A DNA stretch of 64,000 nt from Podarcis liolepis. Lineage: Eukaryota. Position 1 is the first letter of the stretch. The number at the start of each line of letters is the position of its first letter. Positions 62,901 through 64,000 of this stretch are shown here, piece after piece. The notes beneath the pieces are model-generated. The model was not told the origin of the DNA. It made no database searches and worked only from the letters and a program-made list of their open reading frames with translations. The stretch is taken from NCBI GenBank assembly GCA_965112155.1, contig OZ218104.1, one strand, 5' to 3'. The translations under genes and the position numbers were made by a program.

Positions 62901-63779
62901 ATTCATTTCTGACTTTTTAACATTCAGCCATGCTTTTTGGAATGGTTTTGCAACACAGCAACAATGATCAGGGTCTTCAAGAATGCATGGAAGCAGTTTG
63001 TCTGGCACTGTGATGGTTGTCTGAGACCACAAGACTTTTGTGTGTTGATGCTTTTCCAACATCCTTTTCCACAGGGTCCCCCAGGTCAGCCTGGATATCC
63101 TGGCTCAATGGGTCCTCCTGGGCTACCTGTAAGTATGGCATGCAAAGGGAAGGATGGAATGGCAAATTAGGCAGGCAGAGAAAAGGTGGAGGGAGGATGG
63201 GAAAGGTTTGGCTCCCTTGCTGGGTGGGGAGGGCCTCAGGTGTGCCGCCACACAAAATCTATTTTGGTGGTGCAGGAACAAACATATATAACAGGTCAGC
63301 CAGGCCCACACGTCACAAAGCAGGAGTCCGCAGGAGAGCTGAAATGCCTCAGGCAAAAACAGGCTCAAGCACATTGTATTTAGTCAGTTTTTGCTATCCA
63401 AAATTCACTTTTATATAAAAAAAATTGCTTTTGAATAATTTTACAGCATACCCTGCTGAGGACCCTCTTCGATTTTTAAAGATTTAAGGTGTAAATTATC
63501 AAACATGTCAAGTTAATATTTAATGTTCTCCATAGTAAAAATACCCATGTTTGTTTTGTTTTAATTCAGAATTTGAAAATTCAAAATGTAAGGTTTAAAG
63601 TTCTGAATGTAATGGGGGGGGGAGGAAAAAAATCACTGGAAAAGTTGACTGCCCTGCTCAATTAATCCAGTATCATGTGATGACAAGTCTTCTCCTTTCT
63701 CCTTACCTACCTAACCTACTACCAGGGTGCTAAAGGAGAACGAGGATACGTGGGGTCATCTGGAGAGAAAGGGGAATCG
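3927..63779 (+). CDS. COL16A1: Collagen alpha-1(XVI) chain, partial multi-exon CDS (46 exons in window, 910 aa, both ends outside window)
   Basis: Spliced translation gives FDIQQLHIYCDP..CCEI, SNDLIEINPQTEGKVYTRCFCLEE, DCVRISPEAPLQCAEGP, GEICVVGPKGQKGDPGFVGPEGLAGEPG, GAPGLWIGTSWQP, PRAEEARGD and GLQGER, all recognisable collagen XVI peptides. Every exon is flanked by AG/GT. Confidence 0.97.
5132..5266 (+). CDS. COL16A1: COL16A1 exon (135 nt) CFPEASKTRRDVEVMQSNDLIEINPQTEGKVYTRCFCLEETQSKQ
   Basis: catcag acceptor, gtgagg donor, collagen XVI-specific peptide. Confidence 0.95.
9149..9385. mobile_element. Tc1/mariner-pogo (Tigger-like) non-autonomous MITE
   Basis: TIRs CAGTTGTAGCTTGGAAG / CTTCCAAGGTACGACTG flanked by TA on both sides. 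Confidence 0.75.
9900..10140 (+). mobile_element. CR1-type LINE 3' end fragment; related copy at about 61395-61525
   Basis: ggctttaaaagaggattggac..ggcctgatccagcag..cttatgttc tail. Confidence 0.6.
10207..10260 (+). CDS. COL16A1: COL16A1 exon (54 nt) EEVRSSGKVGVKEGQGDK
   Basis: Long polypyrimidine tract plus ttccag, gtgagg donor, in frame; poorly conserved linker. Confidence 0.8.
10407..10616. mobile_element. Partial Tigger-like MITE (one end only)
   Basis: Ends GAGGTACCACTG followed by TA; CpG-rich interior. Confidence 0.6.
11780..12347 (-). mobile_element. L2-clade LINE, 5'-truncated 3' end
   Basis: Minus strand encodes RARAFSALALARWNALS..FRRVCKPELFRLAF (L2 ORF2 C-terminal motif), followed by a 3' UTR and a (TTA)n tail at 11781-11800. 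Confidence 0.75.
13706..13741 (+). CDS. COL16A1: COL16A1 exon (36 nt) CPPCSQKSQLSN
   Basis: tgcag acceptor, gtaagt donor, CPPC motif. Confidence 0.9.
17302..17328 (+). CDS. COL16A1: COL16A1 exon (27 nt) ATLGPPGLK
   Basis: ttcag acceptor, gtaagt donor, start of Gly-X-Y. Confidence 0.9.
17707..17844. mobile_element. hAT-Charlie-like palindromic MITE; degenerate relatives at about 5318, 8380, 13415, 19260, 21860, 31405, 45845, 62330
   Basis: CAGTGGTTCTCAACCTGTGGGTCCCCAGATGTTGTTG ... CAACAACATCTGGGGACCCACAGGTTGAGAAAGCCTG near-perfect inverted arms. Confidence 0.8.
18671..18733 (+). CDS. COL16A1: COL16A1 exon (63 nt) GGKGERGPPGIYGSKGEKGDR
   Basis: AG/GT, Gly-X-Y x7. Confidence 0.95.
19035..19076 (+). 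CDS. COL16A1: COL16A1 exon (42 nt) GADCVRISPEAPLQ
   Basis: AG/GT, conserved NC peptide. Confidence 0.95.
19196..19240 (+). CDS. COL16A1: COL16A1 exon (45 nt) CAEGPPGEKGDQGEK
   Basis: tgaag acceptor (AAG), gtgagc donor. Confidence 0.92.
21495..21530 (+). CDS. COL16A1: COL16A1 exon (36 nt) GPPGLAGTVGQK
   Basis: AG/GT, Gly-X-Y x4. Confidence 0.93.
21996..22058 (+). CDS. COL16A1: COL16A1 exon (63 nt) GQKGDKGDFGLQGKPGSPGRD
   Basis: AG/GT, Gly-X-Y x7. Confidence 0.95.
22814..23196 (+). mobile_element. Sauria SINE, full length
   Basis: tRNA head with A box (GTGGCGCTGTGG) and B box (GGTTCGAATCC), (ACCTTT)n tail, flanked by a 40-bp direct repeat. Confidence 0.9.
23483..23894. mobile_element. Old hAT(Ac)-like non-autonomous element with TAGGGATG terminus; relatives at about 7680-7815, 28906-29010, 51030-51795
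   Basis: Ends CCCATCCCTA; shared internal sequence among copies within the window. Confidence 0.55.
23909..23950. repeat. (GT)21 microsatellite
   Basis: Perfect dinucleotide run. Confidence 0.97.
25379..25423 (+). CDS. COL16A1: COL16A1 exon (45 nt) GRPGEICVVGPKGQK
   Basis: AG/GT, conserved GEICV imperfection. Confidence 0.95.
25512..25607 (+). CDS. COL16A1: COL16A1 exon (96 nt) GDPGFVGPEGLAGEPGPPGRPGPPGIGLPGKP
   Basis: AG/GT, Gly-X-Y with GIG imperfection. Confidence 0.95.
27432..27470 (+). CDS. COL16A1: COL16A1 exon (39 nt) GDPGGPPGPRGEK
   Basis: AG/GT, conserved GGPP imperfection. Confidence 0.95.
27607..27651 (+). CDS. COL16A1: COL16A1 exon (45 nt) GDSGPPGPGGSSGKP
   Basis: AG/GT, Gly-X-Y x5. 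Confidence 0.93.
29440..29688 (-). mobile_element. tRNA/CORE-type SINE (Squam3-like) with (CTT)n tail; degenerate relative at about 40090-40350
   Basis: Minus strand CAGTGTGGTGTAGTGGTTAAGAGC A box, GGTTCGAGTC B box, CORE-like GTGACCTTGGGC, (TTC)n tail. Confidence 0.8.
29919..29954 (+). CDS. COL16A1: COL16A1 exon (36 nt) GKPGVPGLKGDK
   Basis: AG/GT, Gly-X-Y x4. Confidence 0.94.
30579..30692 (+). CDS. COL16A1: COL16A1 exon (114 nt) GDPCEVCPTTSDGNNAVSIPGKPGPKGEPGPPGKPGKS
   Basis: AG/GT, CEVC motif. Confidence 0.95.
30924..30959 (+). CDS. COL16A1: COL16A1 exon (36 nt) DKPGPPGLKGSR (Asp at first Gly position)
   Basis: cttttttcag-type polypyrimidine acceptor, AGG/gtaggt donor, 3 Gly-X-Y triplets in frame. 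Confidence 0.8.
32108..32143 (+). CDS. COL16A1: COL16A1 exon (36 nt) GDPGINGIKGEK
   Basis: AG/GT, Gly-X-Y x4. Confidence 0.95.
32323..32641. mobile_element. Tigger/pogo-like MITE, young
   Basis: TIRs CAGTGGTGCCTCGCAAGACGAA / TTCGTCTTGTGGGGCACCACTG, TA on both sides, CpGs retained, internal (TTAGCGG)-like repeats. Confidence 0.85.
33453..33551 (+). CDS. COL16A1: COL16A1 exon (99 nt) GDQCQSCSPAAQHLQKAPKGEPGPPGIGLPGLP
   Basis: taag acceptor, gtaagt donor, CQSC motif. Confidence 0.94.
34021..34065 (+). CDS. COL16A1: COL16A1 exon (45 nt) GKDGLPGLSGLKGEK
   Basis: AG/GT, Gly-X-Y x5. Confidence 0.94.
34207..34334. other. Assembly gap (128 N)
   Basis: N run. Confidence 1.
34335..36389 (+). pseudogene. 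Disrupted L1 ORF2
   Basis: In-frame TAA at 35052-35054, frameshift in the A-run near 35525, further lesions near 35817 and 35888. Confidence 0.9.
34335..36811 (+). mobile_element. L1-clade LINE, 3' 2.5 kb (RT, C-terminal zinc knuckle, 3' UTR, polyA signal, A-rich tail)
   Basis: DAEKAFD, GTRQGCPISPLLF, AFADD, KYLG and CWKC..HLWWTC motifs; AATAAA 36776-36781; (AAAAC)n tail. Confidence 0.95.
36934..36969 (+). CDS. COL16A1: COL16A1 exon (36 nt) GDTGAVGPAGKA
   Basis: AG/GT, Gly-X-Y x4. Confidence 0.93.
37558..37611 (+). CDS. COL16A1: COL16A1 exon (54 nt) GARGTKGDTGDSGVKGEK
   Basis: AG/GT, Gly-X-Y x6. Confidence 0.94.
37766..37888 (+). CDS. COL16A1: COL16A1 exon (123 nt) GEPCTECPASLEGRETMVSIPGPPGEKGEPGLPGAGLPGKP
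   Basis: AG/GT, CTEC motif. Confidence 0.95.
38294..38329 (+). CDS. COL16A1: COL16A1 exon (36 nt) GKPGESGMKGQK
   Basis: AG/GT, Gly-X-Y x4. Confidence 0.94.
41093..41200 (+). CDS. COL16A1: COL16A1 exon (108 nt) GASGSPGDPGIPGTAGLPGLSGEPGVRGPSGAKGEK
   Basis: AG/GT, Gly-X-Y x12. Confidence 0.95.
41330..41562. mobile_element. Tigger/pogo-like MITE
   Basis: TIRs CAGTGGAACCTTGATTCTCGAA / TTCGAGAACCAAGGTTCCATTG with flanking TA. Confidence 0.8.
42446..42568 (+). CDS. COL16A1: COL16A1 exon (123 nt) GDACDSCPTLSGDLSGVVGIPGKPGSKGDRGLPGVGQPGKP
   Basis: AG/GT, CDSC motif. Confidence 0.95.
44356..44409 (+). CDS. COL16A1: COL16A1 exon (54 nt) GKPGLPGVQGPPGLKGLQ
   Basis: AG/GT, Gly-X-Y x6. Confidence 0.95.
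44773..44814 (+). CDS. COL16A1: COL16A1 exon (42 nt) GEPGPPGIGIQGPE
   Basis: AG/GT, GIG imperfection. Confidence 0.94.
44828..44864. repeat. Compound (GT)n(GC)n(GT)n alternating purine-pyrimidine tract
   Basis: Seen directly, within a 115-nt intron. Confidence 0.95.
44930..44965 (+). CDS. COL16A1: COL16A1 exon (36 nt) GEIGQKGSPGNP
   Basis: AG/GT, Gly-X-Y x4. Confidence 0.93.
45396..45644. mobile_element. hAT-family MITE (249 bp)
   Basis: Perfect 15-bp TIR CATGGGCATAGCCAG and perfect 8-bp TSD CCTGAATG (45388-45395, 45645-45652). Confidence 0.92.
46060..46113 (+). CDS. COL16A1: COL16A1 exon (54 nt) GPPGPRGPPGNVGGKGEK
   Basis: AG/GT, Gly-X-Y x6. Confidence 0.95.
46588..46656 (+). CDS. COL16A1: COL16A1 exon (69 nt) GSPGLKGAIGPTGPPGASVTGPP
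   Basis: AG/GT, conserved GASV(T/S)G imperfection. Confidence 0.95.
46748..46801 (+). CDS. COL16A1: COL16A1 exon (54 nt) GREGQQGLPGVPGSDGSK
   Basis: AG/GT, Gly-X-Y x6. Confidence 0.94.
47950..48435. mobile_element. Partial Tc2/pogo-like non-autonomous DNA transposon with internal GC-rich tandem repeat
   Basis: Right end GCGAAAAATATGG followed by TA (CCGTATTTTTCG-type TIR); left TIR not found. Confidence 0.6.
48674..48700 (+). CDS. COL16A1: COL16A1 exon (27 nt) GEKGARGEK
   Basis: Long polypyrimidine tract plus tag, gtgggt donor. Confidence 0.93.
49119..49266 (+). mobile_element. tRNA-headed SINE with CR1-derived tail; related antisense copy at about 24958-25047
   Basis: GGATAGCTCAG A box and GGTTTGAGCCC B box joined to the CR1 tail GTCCCTTCCAACTCTAC..ATTCTATGATTC. 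Confidence 0.75.
49371..49436 (+). CDS. COL16A1: COL16A1 exon (66 nt) GDSGECSCQPGPRVDSSNIGLP
   Basis: AG/GT, GECSC motif. Confidence 0.93.
49618..49671 (+). CDS. COL16A1: COL16A1 exon (54 nt) GAPGLWIGTSWQPQPGPQ
   Basis: AG/GT, conserved GLW..SWQP peptide. Confidence 0.94.
49797..49850 (+). CDS. COL16A1: COL16A1 exon (54 nt) GPPGVPGPPGPPGAPGRQ
   Basis: AG/GT, Gly-X-Y x6. Confidence 0.95.
51307..51579 (-). mobile_element. 5'-truncated L1 3' UTR with 19-bp TSD
   Basis: Reverse complement shares ACAAAAA(A)GGGAGGTGTGAGGA with the L1 3' UTR at about 36564-36585; T-run at left end; TSD TGAATCAGAGCAAACATCA at 51288-51306 and 51580-51598. Confidence 0.88.
52216..52269 (+). CDS. COL16A1: COL16A1 exon (54 nt) GIPGHNGLPGLPGPVGDL
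   Basis: AG/GT, Gly-X-Y x6. Confidence 0.94.
52591..52626 (+). CDS. COL16A1: COL16A1 exon (36 nt) GPLAAESMAVLK
   Basis: ttgcag acceptor, AAG/gtaagg donor, NC helix ending LK before ICGDC. Confidence 0.88.
53376..53489 (+). CDS. COL16A1: COL16A1 exon (114 nt) NICGDCANIQASQVPGATKGEKGDQGMPGAPGIDNCAR
   Basis: AG/GT, ICGDC and DNCA motifs. Confidence 0.95.
54808..54843 (+). CDS. COL16A1: COL16A1 exon (36 nt) CFALYPRAEEAR
   Basis: tttcag acceptor, gtgagt donor, conserved PRAEEAR. Confidence 0.92.
55542..56391 (-). mobile_element. Possible solo LTR / promoter-like repeat
   Basis: Minus-strand order CCAAT (55960), GC box (55939), TATTTAAA (55924), AATAAA (55654); imperfect TGTGGTG/CACCATA ends; no TSD found. 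Confidence 0.4.
57125..57625. mobile_element. Degenerate inverted Penelope-like terminal fragments
   Basis: GTGGCACCTTAAAGA (57139) and inverted TCTTAAAGTGCCAC (57564); family assignment is from recall only. Confidence 0.4.
57777..57860 (+). CDS. COL16A1: COL16A1 exon (84 nt) GDSSNDQDCAGGPGHPGIPGLPGERGEQ
   Basis: AG/GT, NC to Gly-X-Y transition. Confidence 0.94.
58061..58096 (+). CDS. COL16A1: COL16A1 exon (36 nt) GLPGPRGPPGPI
   Basis: AG/GT, Gly-X-Y x4. Confidence 0.94.
58667..58711 (+). CDS. COL16A1: COL16A1 exon (45 nt) GPPGFPGTPGAPGLP
   Basis: AG/GT, Gly-X-Y x5. Confidence 0.95.
59300..59524 (+). mobile_element. CR1 LINE 3' end; shorter tails at about 30748-30812, 31815-31918, 37975-38038
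   Basis: CAGTGGAATGGTCTCCCT..TTGGAGGTTTTTAAGCAGAGGTTGGATGGCCATCTG..GTCCCTTCCAACTCT..ATTCTATGATTC. Confidence 0.85.
62200..62253 (+). CDS. COL16A1: COL16A1 exon (54 nt) GLQGERGSPGPPGSKGES
   Basis: aaag acceptor, gtgagt donor, GLQGER motif. Confidence 0.94.
62461..62544 (-). mobile_element. Bov-B/RTE LINE extreme 3' end (84 bp) with 12-bp TSD
   Basis: Encodes VEDRSAWRALVHGVTKSRTQLSD*, (CAA)n tail, TSD TCTTAGATGGAT at 62449-62460 and 62545-62556. Confidence 0.88.
63075..63128 (+). CDS. COL16A1: COL16A1 exon (54 nt) GPPGQPGYPGSMGPPGLP
   Basis: AG/GT, Gly-X-Y x6. Confidence 0.95.
63726..63779 (+). CDS. COL16A1: COL16A1 exon (54 nt) GAKGERGYVGSSGEKGES
   Basis: AG/GT, Gly-X-Y x6. Confidence 0.95.
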
Positions 63780-64000
63780 GTAAGCGCCTGTCTTCTCCTG
63801 CCTGAACATGCCTGCATGATCCTCAGAGGCCCTTCCTTGAGGTTAGGTGGATAATGACTGGAAGGTGAGCCTTTTCAGCTGGGGCACTGCGCTCTGGGAC
63901 ATGCTCACCAATGAGGCTCGCTTTGGTACCTACTCTTACATCCTTCTTGAACTTGGCAAATATCTCCCCCAACCTGGCCTCATTCCCCGGATTGTTACAG

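Overview
Vertebrate genomic DNA, most likely a squamate lizard (inferred from Sauria-SINE, Squam3-like SINE, CR1, L2, Bov-B and L1 content). The window is the middle of the FACIT collagen gene COL16A1 on the + strand. I read 46 GT-AG exons between 3927 and 63779, all phase 0, totalling 2730 nt / 910 aa. They run from the end of the N-terminal TSPN/NC11 domain through the CxxC-interrupted collagen domains to the GLQGER integrin-site region, and the gene continues beyond both window edges. Bases 1-3558 are the 5' part of an antisense Ty1/copia LTR retrotransposon. Its gag-PR-IN-RT frame is open for 982 codons (2947 to the window edge) and is missing from the supplied ORF track. Its integrase has Lys at the D(35)E glutamate position, and its LTR ends in TA. 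The introns also carry a decayed sense-strand L1 next to an assembly gap, many SINE/LINE tails and Tc/pogo and hAT MITEs. There is no prokaryotic-type system such as CRISPR. The most notable items are the near-intact copia element and several splice-dependent features of the collagen.
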